64,000 nt of DNA from Camelus ferus (GCF_009834535.1 NC_045696.1:16308001-16372000), one strand, 5' to 3'. Positions 50,661 to 64,000 are shown, counted from the first letter of the stretch. Numbers and translations are program-made. Notes: generated by a model from the letters alone, not told the origin.

Positions 50661-51005
50661 GCTCGATTCAGGACAATAAAGGATGAGAAGATTTGGGATG
50701 GGCAGAGAAGTGGCAAGGAAAGGAAGGATAAAGAGAAAAAGTGTTTTAATCAGAGGAAGCAGAATGAAGAAACCAGCCCCAAATCACAATCCACCACAAA
50801 AAGACACTAAACTGATCTAGCGATCAATTTTTGGGAAATGAAATGGGAGAAAATATAGATAGATTCACTTCAGGAAAACAATATCCTGTCTCTAGAGTAA
50901 AGATTTCCAAAGCACAACAACTCCATCAGATTTCTAGGACGCTATGTAGTAAGCTGAGATAACCACTGACTTTCATAGGAGTATATGCAGCTTCCAGTAT
51001 GTGTC

Positions 51006-51558
51006 TAATGCGGACCTGGCGGGCGATCTCTGGAGCAGCTCTAAAGCCATAAAACCCCCACTCCAAGGCTCTCCGTGTGTCTGGAGCCAATTGACACCTT
51101 AACCCCCACTCCCCACTTCAGGACCCTCCACATACATGCATTTCTGCAAGATAAAAACATCTTCCCTTGATGTGTGTTTACGCTAACAAAACTAACCGCC
51201 CCCAGGAAGTGGCTAATCTCACAATACCCTAGGTGGCCAGGTCTCAGGGCACATCCTGCCCTCATCAGAGTCATAAATCCCATTACCCAGGGTATCTCCT
51301 GACAAGTCTTACAACCAGTCAGGTACCTGAGCATGAATTGATCATGCAGCCCCCTCCCCCTTGTGTCCACAGCCCCTTCCCCCAGTAGAAGACCTTGCAC
51401 ATCACCCTGGGTGCTCACACAGGCACTTCTTGTCTCTGTATCCTGCTGTTTCCTGAAATAGTGTATCTATTAAACTTTTCCTTTGTTTCCTAAACTTTCT
51501 TTCGTCTTTGGTAAATTCTTTTACTGCCTGTGACACTGGCCCGCCATGTCCTTCAACA
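51006..51558 (+). mobile_element. ERV solo LTR (family not assigned)
   Basis: LTR-like architecture: attaaa signal near 51469, U5-like ggtaaattcttttactgcctgtg and end ...ttcaaca. Flanks tgtc/tctc are a possible degenerate 4-bp TSD. Confidence 0.65.
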
Positions 51559-52774
51559 TCTCATTTACTCTCAATAGGTCCCACAGACTGATATAAGTTC
51601 AACTATTTCTCATCTGAGAAAGAACACTTGGGATCATTCTATTTCAAAGATATCACCGCTGTGAAAACCAAACAGCCACAGGAAATTCTGGCATCTTCAC
51701 AGACAAAGTGAAAAAGGAGAAAACAACCTCGCTTTGATTTATCCTGGCAAAGATACGTATTATTTCTCAACGGGGTGAAATAAGCTAATTTTCTTCACAA
51801 GAAATAAATATGAGGAAGAATTTTTTTTTTCCCCAGCAGCACCCAAGTTTATCAAATACATACCATGGAATATTTCAACTCTAAATCTACCCAGGTGAAT
51901 GATCCCATCTCTGCAAACTTTCTGACTTCCTGTTTGCTGAATTCTTCCAAAGCTTACTGCTCTTAAATAGATCATAGCTTTGCTTCAGCACTGAGAATTT
52001 GACAAGAACTTGTCGTGAGAATTCTGCTTGGCAGCTGCTTTTTTTCAGCTTATGGAACAAGAAAGGTTAGTATGAATTTTGAATCCTTGAATAATATCTT
52101 AACTGGAGGGTAATCCTACCATTTCTGGAACTGCACCAAAAATCTTGACTTAAAAAAATAAAATGCCATAGATACCACTTTTTCAGACCTAAAACACTGA
52201 TCTCAGTTAATGTATTTTCATAATGAGATTTGAAGTCAGTCAATGCAACAACCTGAAATTTCTATTTGGAAGAAGATACTTAAATGTAAAATAGTTTCTA
52301 CAATGTTGCTTATCAGATTAATTTTAAAAGGGATATAAAATCAAATATATTATGGAAAAGAACTAAGCCTTGAAGTGGTAAAATCACAGATTTTCTCTTG
52401 TGTTTCCTATTTACCCAAATATAAGCATGCAGTTGACTACTATGGCATTCTTCTAAAATTTTTTTCCACACCAATTTTATTATTTTCATGTCAGAAAGAT
52501 AAAATATCTCAATATTAATGTATTTTTAGACTCAACAAATAGACATAATTACCCTATCAAGTGGATAAACATATGTAATCAATAAGATATCTCCGATATT
52601 TTCAATTTCTTATCTGTTTCCTTATGCAATATTGATGCTGCCACTAATGTGTTTCAGCAGATCCAAATTTCAATTATAACCTCAATAATCATAGGAAAAA
52701 AAGCAATTGTCTAGTACAAGACTTATTCTTTATAAAATAAGTGGTTTAAGATGCCTTTCACCATGAATTCAATT

Positions 52775-53355
52775 CAAAACCTCAGTGAGATATCTCACAC
52801 CTGTCAGAATGGTCATTATCAAAAAGACAGCAGAGGGGAGGGTATATAGCCCAAGTGGCAGAGCACATGCTTAGCATGCAGGAGGCCCTGGGTTCAATCC
52901 CCAGTGCCTCCATTTAAAAGAAAGGAAGGAAGAAAGAAGAAATCTAGTTCCCGCCCCCCTCAGAAAAAAACAATCACAGGGGTTGGAAAAGATGGGGAGA
53001 AAAGGGAACCCTCGTGGACTGCTGGTGGGAATGTAAATTGCTGCAGCCACTATGGAAAACAGTATGGGCGTTCCTTACAAAATTAAAAATAGAACTACCA
53101 TACAATCCAGCAATTCTACTTCTGGGTGTTTTTCTGAAGAAAATAAAAATACTAATTCTAAAAGATATCTGCATCCCATGTTCATTGCAGTATTATTTAC
53201 AATAGCAAAGATATGGAAACAACCTAAGTGCCCATTGATAGATGAATGGATAAAGAAGATGTGGTGTATATATACAGTGGAATATTACTCAGCCACAACA
53301 AAGAGTGAAATCTTGTCATTTGCAACAACATGGATGGACCTAGAAGGCACTGTGC
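52775..53355 (+). mobile_element. L1 ORF2 C-terminus/3'UTR fragment interrupted by a SINE
   Basis: Peptide [39 protein letters not shown]; gatgaatggataaagaagatgtggtgtatatatacagtggaatattactcagcca. Confidence 0.92.
52835..52970 (+). mobile_element. Vic-1-like SINE nested in L1
   Basis: ggggagggtatatagcccaagtggcagagcacatgcttagcatgcaggaggccctgggttcaatccccagtgcctcc plus a purine-rich tail. Confidence 0.88.
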
Positions 53356-54544
53356 TGTGTTCAGAATTAGTCATTATTCATTTAGTCATTCATTCAGCCA
53401 TTCAACAAAATCTTGTCATTTTACAATATTGTATCATTTTATCATTAAATGAGATGAGCACTAATTTCAACAATAGAGAACAGGATTCTTTGCAGGGTAG
53501 ATTTTATTTTTCCAGATCTCTGTGCTGGTTTAGTGTTACGTAGTTGTAAGATGCTTCCACCTGCATGATTTAATCCTCTCCCTAGACCTGCACTGTAGGG
53601 AAATGTATCAACCATTCTAGTTTAGACAGGAGGTTATGGGGGAGCCAAGTAGCTAATCGACTTGCCCTCAATTTCATATGTAGTCAGTAGCAAAGCTGGG
53701 ACTATAACCTAGTCCTTCTGGCTCTTTCCTTGACAATCTGCCTTGCATATCCTGTGCAGTTAGGTGCTCTGTATTTGTTTAGTCAATTAATCAATACATT
53801 TCAGGCCAACAAGGTAGATTTTTGCACTTTTCTTTGAATTAAATATTCTCTACATTTTATAATCCAAGAGCTGAAAAATATTACTATGGGCTTCTTAATG
53901 CATAGCTTTTGCCTTTAACCATTAAGTCAAGTGAACATTCTGGTTCAACTACACAATGCTGTTAAGTTGATCTATGTATTAATGGAATGTGTATCATACC
54001 CTTTTATCCATAAAGTGAAACCAACCTTAGACATAGACTTTTCCTTTTAGAATAGAGAATATTAGAGCAATGTTTTGGCATGAATAAATTTCTATGCAAG
54101 TGAAATGAAGAGCTGCTCATAGATATGCTCAATAATTTATTATTTTTAAGTGTCTTTCTATTCCATTCATTTCTAGTTACTGTTACATTACCTATAAAAA
54201 TAGCCTAGTTGTTAACTGGGGGTTATTTACATCAGGAAATACAGACCCCAAGATCAATAACCTTGTTAGCAGATATGAGAAAATACTTTTCTCAGATTAC
54301 AGAGAAATTTTCATACACCATTGACATCACCATAATCATTCAGTTAAAAATTGATGCTCATCATTGAGCAACAAAATATTCTAAATCATTGTGGTCTGCA
54401 GATGAGTGTCAGTAAACAGTTTGTCCACAGGGAGATAAGGACAGACACTGAAACAAATTTGACAGAGTAATCTGTCTGTGGAGCCTAGTAAGTTTTAAAA
54501 AGTGGGTATTTTTATCTTTTTTGTTTCATTATTGTATTAATTCA

Positions 54545-56680
54545 ATTTTTAACTTTATTGAGGTATAATTGACATAGTGTCATGCTCTCATTTTACACAT
54601 ACATTTAAATTGGTTTTGGTAGATTTGTCCACCCTTTAACCATGAACAAAGGCATAATGTACGGTATGCTCATCACTCTGCAGAGTTTTGTTGTGCCCAA
54701 TGCAGAAAGTCATCCCCCATCCCCAGCCCTAGGTGACCATGGATCTGCCATCTGTGCTTACAGATTAGATACACCTTTTCTAGAGATGTTGATTGCTGAG
54801 TGTATTTCCAGTGTATAGGTGTTCCACAATTTGTGCAGTGACTTGCGTGTGAACATTTGGATTGTTTACAGTTTGGGGCCATTATGAATAAAGCTGCTGT
54901 ACCATCAGTGTTTAAGTTTTTCCATGGATGTATTTTATTTCCCTTGGGTAAAAGCCTTGGATTGGAATTGCTGAGTTGTGACAAAAATGTCTTTAACTTT
55001 TCCAAAGTAGTGTGTATTATTTTACATTTTTATCAGCTATGTGTGTGATTTCCATTTGGCCCATTTCATTGCCAACACCTGGTATTGCGAGGCTTTTAAC
55101 TTTTAGCATTGTAATGAGTATTTAGTGGTACTGAATTGTGACTTTGTGTTTCCTGATGACTGATGCTGCCGAGAAACTTTTCATATACTTATCAACTATT
55201 TGTATATCTTCTGCAAAGTGCCTGTTGAAATCCTTTGCCCATATAAGAAAATAAGAACTTAAATCTTTGTCTACCCCAAGGTCATGAATATTTTCTTTTG
55301 TTTCGTCCTAAGTTTGAGAGGTTTAAAAAATTTTTATTTTTAAATTAATGTATAGTTGATTTATAATGTTGTATTTGTCACCAGAAGTTTGAGACTTTTA
55401 TGCTTAGCTTTTATGTTTAGGTTGATGGTCCATTTTTAGCCATCCAATTTTTATGTGATATAAGATAAGAATTGAGGTTCACTTTTTGCCACAAATATAT
55501 CCAGTTGTCCTAACATTGGTTGAAAAGATTATCCTTTCCCTATTCAATTACCTTGGCATCTTTGTCAAAAATCAGTTAGCCATATGTGTGTGTCTACTTC
55601 TGGACTCTACTGTGTCCAATGGTCCATGTCTACCCTTATCACAATGTAACACCTTGTTGCCTAAGAATACGAAGCTTTTTATATAAATAGTGCAAGTTCT
55701 CTAATTTTTTTCAAATTGTTTTGGCTATTCTAGGTTATTTGCATTTACATACACGTTTTATAATCAGCTAGTTTACAAAAAAGACTGCCAGAATTTTGAG
55801 TTGATTTTACGTCAATTTAGAGACAATTTACATTTGCAAAAAAATTGAGTTTTCCGATTCACAGTTACGGTTTATCTCCCCACTGGATTTTTTTGATTTC
55901 TTAGCAATTTCTGTACTTTTCATTGGACAAGTCTCACACAAATTTTGATTAATTTTCCTCTAATAACTTCATTTTTTAAAATACTACTGTAGATGGTAGC
56001 TTTTAAATTTCAATTTCCAATTATTTGTTGCTAGCATGTAGAAATTACATTGAATTTTATATATTGACCTTGTACCTGACCTCACTAAGGTAATTCTAGG
56101 TTTTTTGTTAAAAAATCTACTCTTTAGGATTTTCGTTATGTTTGATGTCTTCTGCAGATTTTATTTCCTCCAATATTCAGGCTTTTCCTTTCCTTATCTG
56201 CAGGTAGGGTCTTCAGTATAGTGTTGACTAGAAATGGTGACAAGGTATCTTTTTTCCCCCAAATCTTAAGAGGAAAAACAAACCATTGTGTATGATGTTA
56301 GCTGTAGTTGTTCATAGTCTTCATCAAGTTAAGAAAGCTCCCTTCTAATTCTAGCTTGCTCAGAGATTTTATCACGGATGTCGAATTTTATTGTACACTT
56401 TTCCTCCATCTATTGAGATGATATTTTTTCCCCCTGTGTATTCTGGTGTAATTTGGTGAATTACACTGAATTTTTAAACTGTTCTAGTAACTCATTTTTT
56501 TTTAAAGTTTTAATTGTGGTAAAATACACATAAAATGTACCACCTTAGCCATGCTTAAGTATACAGTTTAGTGGTGTTAAGCATATTCATTGCTGTGACC
56601 AATCGTCAGAACTTTTTCACCTTGTAAAACTGAAACTTTCTATCCATTAAACAACTCCTCATCTCCCCTTTCCCTCATTA
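54545..56680 (-). mobile_element. Old decayed L1 fragments (3'UTR and ORF2)
   Basis: ttttaactttattgaggtataattgacata..., acatttggattgtttacagtttggggccattatgaataaagctgct, ttgttttggctattctagg, ttgtgtatgatgttagctgtag. A separate L1 3' end lies at ~56495-56680. Confidence 0.8.
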
Positions 56681-57429
56681 ATTCACTTTTTATTTTATAA
56701 GAGTTTCACTCTGTAACGATGGAAATAAAGAAATGGTCCTTCACTACATAAAGTTTTAAAAGTATTGTTCGAAATCAGTTTGCTAGTAGTAAAATGCCTT
56801 TTAAACATGTGCTTATTAGCTAGCAAATTAAGCTTTAAAGTTGTACACAAAAATATGTGTCTTAGGAGAACAAATATGACTCCTGATTCCCTAAATGATG
56901 ATTTTCATCACTTCAAACTGGATAAAATTAGACTGATGCTTTTCACACAAACTATTTCGTTTCAAAGCTTGTCAGTCAAATTTGATCACTGCTTGACCAT
57001 AAACAAAAGCCTAAGTCAGGGTTTTCTTCCTGTCCGCTTTGACTCCTCTATACTCTGGTCCTGGCCGACGCATCCTACTATTACTCAGCCAACGTGGACA
57101 GGTAATTTTTTGTAATTAAAAAAAAAAGTTTTAAGAATTTTTATTTTAACAATCATGGACTTGCTTTTTGACAAGTACTCAGTGTTACCATTTTTTCTGT
57201 GGCTATTCTGAAACACTTCAACTTTGTGGATGGGATTTCATTTCTTAAAAACTAATACCTAATTTTACTCCAGTGAAATCTGTTCTTCTCAAATTGATAG
57301 CTTCTAAGTATATAGGAAACACATGTATAACACATCAGATGTGGACTGTCAAATTTTTATCCAACCTACTATCCCAGGAATTTGAGACCATTTGCATACA
57401 GGGAAAAATTTCTAAAAAACACCAAAATA

Positions 57430-60400
57430 TACTGTATAATAGTTTTATTTTTCTCATTTTACTATTTTTACATTTTATGCACAAATATTTTTTATCTGAG
57501 TAAAAATAGAAAATAACTTTTATGTAAAATTACAAAAAAAATAAAAACCACAAAGAAATACGTAATTGTTATTATGACAGTATAAGTGTCTTTATTTAAA
57601 GAGTAAAAATGTATGCAAAAATCCTCCTCCCTCTTACAAAAGATTGAGAATATTTTTTTCTGGCAGCAAGTGAAATATTACTGAAATATCAATATTTTTA
57701 TATCCTCTAGATATGAAGACATTAAGTTAGTCACAGGTTGTTTTGAAATTATGAATTTTAAAACATTTTTTGTGCTATTTCAAAGATACATTAGTTTTAA
57801 AAGGCAGTAGCATAAATGATGAATATGAAAAACAGCAGACCTCATCAAAAATACTCAGAGGCACAACCTTTAAAGAAATACTGTACTTGAGTTTCACCAT
57901 TTATCAGGGGAGAAAAACAACTCAACAGTTTTTCCTAGTTCACTGACATGGATCGTTACAAAGATGAATGTGATGAGTCGATTCATGTGACGATAAACCA
58001 CACAGCAATTCTGCCTAATTCGTTTGATCTTCTGATGCCAACACGAATTTCCAAACATAAGGCTAGCAAGACAGGTATGAAAGTTGGCTCACTTGAGACT
58101 CTTGTGTGGGGAAAAAAAATTTTAAAGCAAAAATGAACAGTTCATTATTATTGTACTTATATGGTATAGAAATATGACCAATAATTTTATTCTTCCTTTG
58201 AATATACTACAAATTCTCTTATGAAAATTCATTCATAAAAACAGAGCAAAGAATGAAAAGCATGAACTATATTTTCTTTCACAACCCAAGTTATCTTTTA
58301 ATAAAAGAAGACTCCCTGGCTTCCTGATCATTGTAATCTCAGTAAGGACAATGGAAATAGTTTATATGTAAGTTGAGGCAAAGTAACAGAAGTTTCTTGA
58401 AACAATTTAGAGAAACTGATCTCATTACTTTACCTGTATTATGGTGCATAAAATAATGATGAGAGGCAAAGAAGAAAAAAGAAACAGCACTTGATCATGT
58501 ATGAGAACTGTCTCTGTTCAAATGATGAGGAATAAAATTAAAACTGCAAAAGGAAGAAAATGGATAGAATGTGTTTTTTTAAAAAAGGTGTCTGAGGAAT
58601 GCTTAAAGGAAAAAAGACATAACAGTTTGATTTTAGGGATCAAAAACAAATCTGGATGTTTCTTGCCTTAAAAATACACATACATGTAGTTGAGACAAAA
58701 CAGAGGTATGTCATCTTGGCTAAAACTTTAACATAATGTCTCCCCCAAAGCATTTTAAATCCAAAAGTCAACAATTTTAAGTTCTTGATAATACACCAGT
58801 AGACTTTTTTTTTTTAAAGTATAAGTAACTTGTCAACTTCCCAGGCCATAAGAGGATGGTGTAAAACCTTCTTTTTAGCTACCTATTTGTTATCTGAAAC
58901 TAGAACTTCTATATATTACTTCGTACTGCTATTCTACTCAGATACTCTTGCAATCATAGCATCCAACTTAAACTAATACTTTGTCAGTTTATTCTGTATG
59001 TGTTTATATAACGGTAAAAATGGAAATTATACATTTTTTTTCTTTTTGGATTCTACTGCAAGGTCTTAAAAGAGTTAGTCTTAACACAGTAATAGAAATG
59101 GGCTGACATTACACGTGGTTGCAGTCCTACACCGTAACACTTAATATTATGACGAGGTGACCAGAAAAGGAGGGCATAGATTCCTTCCTCTCCTCCTCAC
59201 TCCTGAGATCCCTGCCTCCTAAGGTTCCTTCCAAACCACTACTTAGTCCTGGCGGCAGCAACTACGAACAACGCCACTCTGCCTGCATCACCACAGCCCT
59301 TTCCTCCTCGTTAGTCAAAAGCATTAAATGAGCTCTTCTCATAAAGCTGTTTAGGGGGATGGATTTGATGAGGGAGAAGGTACATAAAGTAATACTTGAG
59401 AATCAATCTTCTGCTATAAGAGGATTAAAAGCTATTTGTCAGTATCTCATATCATGATTCATGCATAACACCTTAAAAACGAAAAGAAAAAAAAGGAAGC
59501 AAGGAAACCAAGCAAAGCAAGCAAGCGAAAAAGAAAGGCATCTAGCCATTTCTGTTTAGCGTTGGCTGGTGGTTAAGTGAAGAGTTTCATGTTTTTAAGA
59601 ATTATTTACTTTTTAAAGAATTTTTGACATGAATTATTATCTTTTGAAATATCTTTCCTTTTGAATATCATTATGTCTTCATTTATATGTGTGTACATGT
59701 ATATACATATAAGATGGTCTAACTGGACATGTACATACATATCCATACACTCATACATATATAATATTCATAAGGAAAAATCAAATGGAAAATTTTGTTT
59801 TAAGAGAGAACTGCCTATACTGGAGGTCAAAATCTCCTTTTAAAACTATGTGCAAGTAATTCACAAATGTCTTGAAAGGTAAACTACTGCTGACTGATTT
59901 AAAGTCTTCATTTCATTAGAAACACAAGACTGTATAAGCTGTTTGGTACAACAAACCAGCACTACAGCGTAATTAAAAAAAAAAAAAAAAAAAGGAAGCC
60001 GTATCAAACCAAACTAAACTTTTATTTTCTGGTTGAGGTGTACTTTTTCAGTTTTTTAAATCTCTGACAGGAAAAACAGAGATCATTTCAGGATTTTTGT
60101 AGTAGTTGGTTTATTAGAATTTAATGCCTCTCTTATAATAATTTAAATTCTTGGCCTGACATTATGAATAATCTATACAGTAAGTCCTTAAAATTGGCTT
60201 GAGTAAAGCCATACTTAAACCTGGATCTCCTTCTTCGGCACTGCTCTTCTGCCAGTGTGTTTATTGTCCTTTGCTTGCAAATATATAAATTACTTTAATA
60301 ACGTGATACTCTTAGTTTAGTAATTTATTAATATTATAATTTTATTTGATATGACTACTTTAGCCCTGCTTAATTAGATGAAATAGGCATACATGCTTTA

Positions 60401-60840
60401 GCGGTGAAAAATTCCATTTTCTGGTTCTATGTAAAGCAACATCTAAAGCAGCAGAGAGGGGAAACAGTTACATTTTCAAAAGTAGTTAAGCCAGACTGTT
60501 TCCTGGAGATACTTCATTTATTTTCCATCCTCGACGCTACTGGCTGTTTTTGGTAGGGCTAGACATTAATACTGACCACTGTAGCTTTCCTGACTGTTAA
60601 CAAACTATCCCACAATGAACCTGCCTAAAGACACTGTGGGGATCCTTTAACATGTACACATTTTCTAAAATATATGCTCAAAGTAAAAAGATCCAAATTC
60701 ACAAGAGTATGAAATATTTATAAAAAAATCATGCATGTACAGTCTAGAAATAAAAGAAGATTCAAATTCAGTAATAAAGGTAAGAGCAATACTTGCTCTA
60801 ATATTTAAGAAAAACCTTGGACTCCCAGAACGTCCTGGGC
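57430..60840 (-). other. GABPA: Probable GABPA 3'UTR (~3.4 kb)
   Basis: AT-rich sequence following the stop codon, with no transposon I can recognise, ending at an AATAAA followed by a GU/U-rich tract. The 3' end is inferred. Confidence 0.7.
57444..57449 (-). terminator. Candidate distal polyadenylation signal of GABPA
   Basis: Minus strand: AATAAA actattatacagta tattttggtgttttttag, i.e. hexamer, CA dinucleotide, then a GU/U-rich downstream element. Confidence 0.6.
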
Positions 60841-61069
60841 TCAGTTATCCTTTTCTGTTTGTAGAGACGCAGTAGCCAGGGCCACTGCTGTGACTGGCTG
60901 GGCAATCCCATGGAGCTGCATCTTCGCAAGTTTCTTCTGTTCACATTCTGTGACCAAACGGTTCAACTCTGCTGCACTGTATCCAATAAGAGTCTTCAAG
61001 TCACAGACAAACTTGTACACAAATCTCTTGCCTTGAACTTTACAAATCATGTCCCCATCGTAATAGTAC
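60841..61069 (-). CDS. GABPA: Terminal coding exon of GA-binding protein alpha chain (C-terminal part of the ETS domain plus the GABPbeta-interacting tail)
   Basis: The minus strand reads (R)[75 protein letters not shown], matching the mammalian GABPA C-terminus. It is preceded by a polypyrimidine tract and AG acceptor (tttttctctttttaaag|G, AG at 61071-61070, phase 2). TGA stop at 60843-60841. The ATG at 61050 in the ORF track is internal. Confidence 0.97.
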
Positions 61070-61404
61070 CTTTAAAAAGAGAAAAACACACTAGGACTAT
61101 ATAAAAATATGTGGGCTTCTTGCAGTATTTGTTTGTGTTAGACTATTCCATAAGCAGAAGCCTAGGAGAGTATGAAAGCTATCACAAGGGCAATTAACAT
61201 TAAATGTTTCTACATAACTTCAGTGTTACTACCAGAGGAAACTTCAAAGCATTATTAGCTAAACTCTCAATGCTAAGTACTCCAAAAATTTTATATGCTA
61301 AATCTTCAAAGTTTATCTTCAACAACTATGATAAAACGTTGATTTAAAAATAAACACCATTAAGCAAAACAAAAAACCCTGCAAGTAGTAATAGAATCTG
61401 AGAA

Positions 61405-61630
61405 TACAAGCTTTGAATCAGAACGCCAAGATTCAAAACCTAACATCTCAACTTACCACCCTTTGTGACCTATGGGAAAGCCACATTTTCTCTAAGCTTT
61501 TATTTCTCATTTAAAAGGTGAGGTTAAAACAGTACTAACCCTCATAGAATTGCTGAAGATTAAAAGGATTATCTTTGTAAAGTGCATATTAGCACACAAT
61601 GACTGGCACATATAGCCCTCTACAAAATAG
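61405..61630 (+). mobile_element. MIR in the GABPA intron
   Basis: gctttgaatcagaacgccaagattcaaaacc...tgtgacctatgggaaagccac...ctcatagaattgctgaagattaaa...gcacacaatgactggcacata. Confidence 0.75.
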
Positions 61631-62814
61631 AAACCATGTTGGTAACTAAGAATCCACATAGATACGAAGAAAAATTTAATACACATATTCTTTGGGTTGT
61701 TGGAATGTCCACTTCTTCTCTGTCTTGTACAAAATCCTTTATTATGTAGCCATGCCTTCACCTTTATCATTTTAATATGTAAAGACTTTCCTTCCAGAGA
61801 AATTCTCCAAACCAATAGGGAGCCTCAAAAGTATAAGCAAAAGGGCTTAAAAAAAAAAAAAAAAAAAGAGAGAGAGGAGGAAAAACAGGAGAGAAGACAT
61901 CATAAAGAAACAATGCTTCTAAACCTACACAGGTTCATCTGAGGAAAGCACTCCACAGACGTCTGGTTTACTGCTGCTTTCTATGGCGATAGAAACGGAA
62001 CTGGATTTATACTTACTCTGGAAAACAGACTTTATTTACCTCTACGCATGGCCAATTCCAAAAGTAGGGAAAAAAAGATACCTTTCTGGGCTGGCAGACT
62101 GTGAAGCTTTTATTGTAAAACTGCACTGCCCATTTGCACACATTTGACAAAGTGCTGTTACAAAAGAAACAACTATTTTCAAAAGTACCAGTAATATAAC
62201 CTACCACATTTAGCAGACTTTTATTATAAAAGTCACTCATTTTAACCCAAAATCCATTAATGAAAAGACTACATGTAAGAAATTATGCCACCTTTCCTTA
62301 ATTCTAGAACAACTGAAGTATAATGGTTATGCTCACCTTCCCAGTAAGAGATGTAACATAGTCTTGTGTCTCCTTTTTTGACAATTACATTAATACAGAA
62401 TTTAGATCTCAACCCACAAACCACCAACTGCTTGTCATCCGGTAAAAATGCTGCAGGCATTTCAATTTCTTAGGAAAATTTCTACATAATATGTAAGGCT
62501 GTTACAGACACTTGGGAAAAAGGGAAAATGAAGAAGGAAAGTGGTTTCATATTTCTAGGAGGAGAATGGAATTGGTATAATCTTGTTTTTTGGTAAGATG
62601 TTATAAAAAACACACACACCTAAGTTTTAATTTTGATTAACACAAGTTTACTTAATCCTTCCTTCAATCTAGCAGATGTATCATACGACAGCATGTAACA
62701 GCACTCACTGCAACTGTCCCCTCTAAAATGAAGAAAGTAGAAAGGTCCACAATACCTATGTTTTCATGAACATGATTTCTTCCCTCTTTTTTAAAAAAAA
62801 CCTGTATTTTTAAA

Positions 62815-64000
62815 AACCTTTTAAATTGCAAAATCACAAACAGAAAGGACATAAAGTGAACAGCTCAGTGATTTATTACAAAGTGAATATTCACCTGTTA
62901 ACTATGACTGAGGTCAGGAAACAGAACACTGCCAGCACCCCAGAACCCCTCCACGGCCCCTCCCAATCATCACCCCTCCCTTGCTCTAAAACGTTAACAC
63001 GATCCTTTCATGATAATGAGTTCATTGCTCTTTTTCATACTCTTATCACCCAAATATGCATCCATAAATGCTGTAATCTAGTCTTCTTGGTTTTTTAACT
63101 CCACTATATAAATGCATTCATACAGTTACACTCTTTTGTCTCTGGAATTTTTCACTGAACATTATGATTGTGAGGTTCACCCACATAAGTCCACGTTCAT
63201 GGGTACACTGTATTCTCCTGTATAGCACAGTTTATTTATTCACTCTACTCTTGATAGACATTTGGGTAGTTTCCACTTTGGGGATGTTACAGATAATGCT
63301 GCTATGAGCATGCATGTGGACATATGTGTACATTTTTGTTTGCTAACACTCAGAAGAGAAAAACCTGGATTACTGGTCACAGATTACATTCCTATCAAAA
63401 GTGTAGAAGCATTCGAACTGCTCCATGTCACCAACACTTGGTACCGGCAATTACTTTGATTTTAGCCATTCTGGGATGTGTACTGTGCCATTACATTGTG
63501 GTTTTAAAATTCATTTCCCTGATCACTAATGAGATTGTGCACTAGTGCATATATCCACTGGTCATTTAGATGATCTCTAAAATTGTCTACTAAGTGTCTC
63601 TTGCCCATCTTTTCTAATTCTCCTACGGCTCTGTAAGAGTTCTTTAGATATCCCAGATCAGTCTTACGTCCGGTATGTATGGCTTGCCTTTCAATCTCTT
63701 GATGGCTGCTTCTGATGACCAGAAGTTTTTAATTTAAATGTAGTCCAGTTTATTTATCTTTTCCATTAGGTTAGTGCTTTTGCTTCAGTTTAAAGTCTTC
63801 TTCTCACCTACCAAAGTCATGCAGGTATCTCTAGAAGATTTCCTGTTACCACTTTTCACATAAGCTACATGGGACGATTCTTAGTATGCTATGAGGAAGG
63901 GGTCAATATGGACAGTCAACTGTCCCAGCACTACTGATTGAAAAGTAGGTCTTCTCCCCACTGCCATCTTTAAGTCAAATGTCCCTATATTCTTGGTTCT
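62815..64000 (-). mobile_element. Old L1 (L1ME-like) 3' region in the GABPA intron
   Basis: agctcagtgatttattacaaagtgaata...aggaaacagaacactgccagcacccca..., gatagacatttgggtagtttccactttggg, ttccctgatcactaatgag. Confidence 0.8.

Larger units (their letters stand above)
61070..64000 (-). other. GABPA: Last intron of GABPA (partial, continues beyond the window)
   Basis: Lies upstream of the AG acceptor. No further ETS-domain exon is seen. Contains MIR and L1 fragments. Confidence 0.85.

Noticed and set aside
53289..53425. aaatcttgtcattt repeated exactly 100 bp apart (53308 and 53408)
   Set aside because: One copy is normal L1 3'UTR and the other follows an (attc)n tail. Not at insertion boundaries, so a small local duplication or chance.
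53052..53543. Longest ORF in the track (163 aa)
   Set aside because: An off-frame reading of an L1 ORF2/3'UTR remnant running into low-complexity sequence.
1..57000. Possible APP terminal exons expected from synteny
   Set aside because: No APP-like peptide (such as the YENPTY tail) in the ORF track or seen by eye. APP would lie outside the window.
60783..60799. 7-bp stem with triloop just after the GABPA stop
   Set aside because: Short stem, and the mRNA loop (GUA) does not fit the pyrimidine-purine-pyrimidine Roquin element. Likely chance.
1..64000. CRISPR arrays, operons, intact transposase/RT/retroviral ORFs or other foreign inserts
   Set aside because: No regularly spaced repeats and no ORF over 163 aa. 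Composition and repeat content are those of ordinary mammalian intergenic DNA.

Overview
Mammalian genomic DNA, almost certainly from a camelid (alpaca, llama or camel), judged from five copies of a tRNA-derived SINE that matches the camelid Vic-1 family as I recall it. The only protein-coding sequence I can support is the last coding exon of GABPA (GA-binding protein alpha, an ETS transcription factor) on the minus strand at 60841-61069. Its probable ~3.4 kb 3'UTR runs down to about 57430, and its last intron runs off the right end of the window. The other ~57 kb is gene-free DNA downstream of GABPA (by human synteny, the interval toward the 3' end of APP; no APP exon is visible here). It is dominated by transposon fossils: L1, L2, MIR, MaLR/ERVL/ERV1 solo LTRs and hAT elements, often nested and often with readable target-site duplications (TSDs). 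I found no convincing novel biological system. The most notable observations are: two related MER41-like solo LTRs that share the same CTTC TSD, one carrying an overlapping GAS/NF-kB motif; an old L1 that keeps both ends and a 12-bp TSD but lacks its reverse transcriptase region; a poly(A)-only retroinsertion; and a candidate regulatory cluster with inverted CCAAT boxes. Repeat family names come from memory of consensus sequences, not a database search, and most repeat boundaries are approximate.
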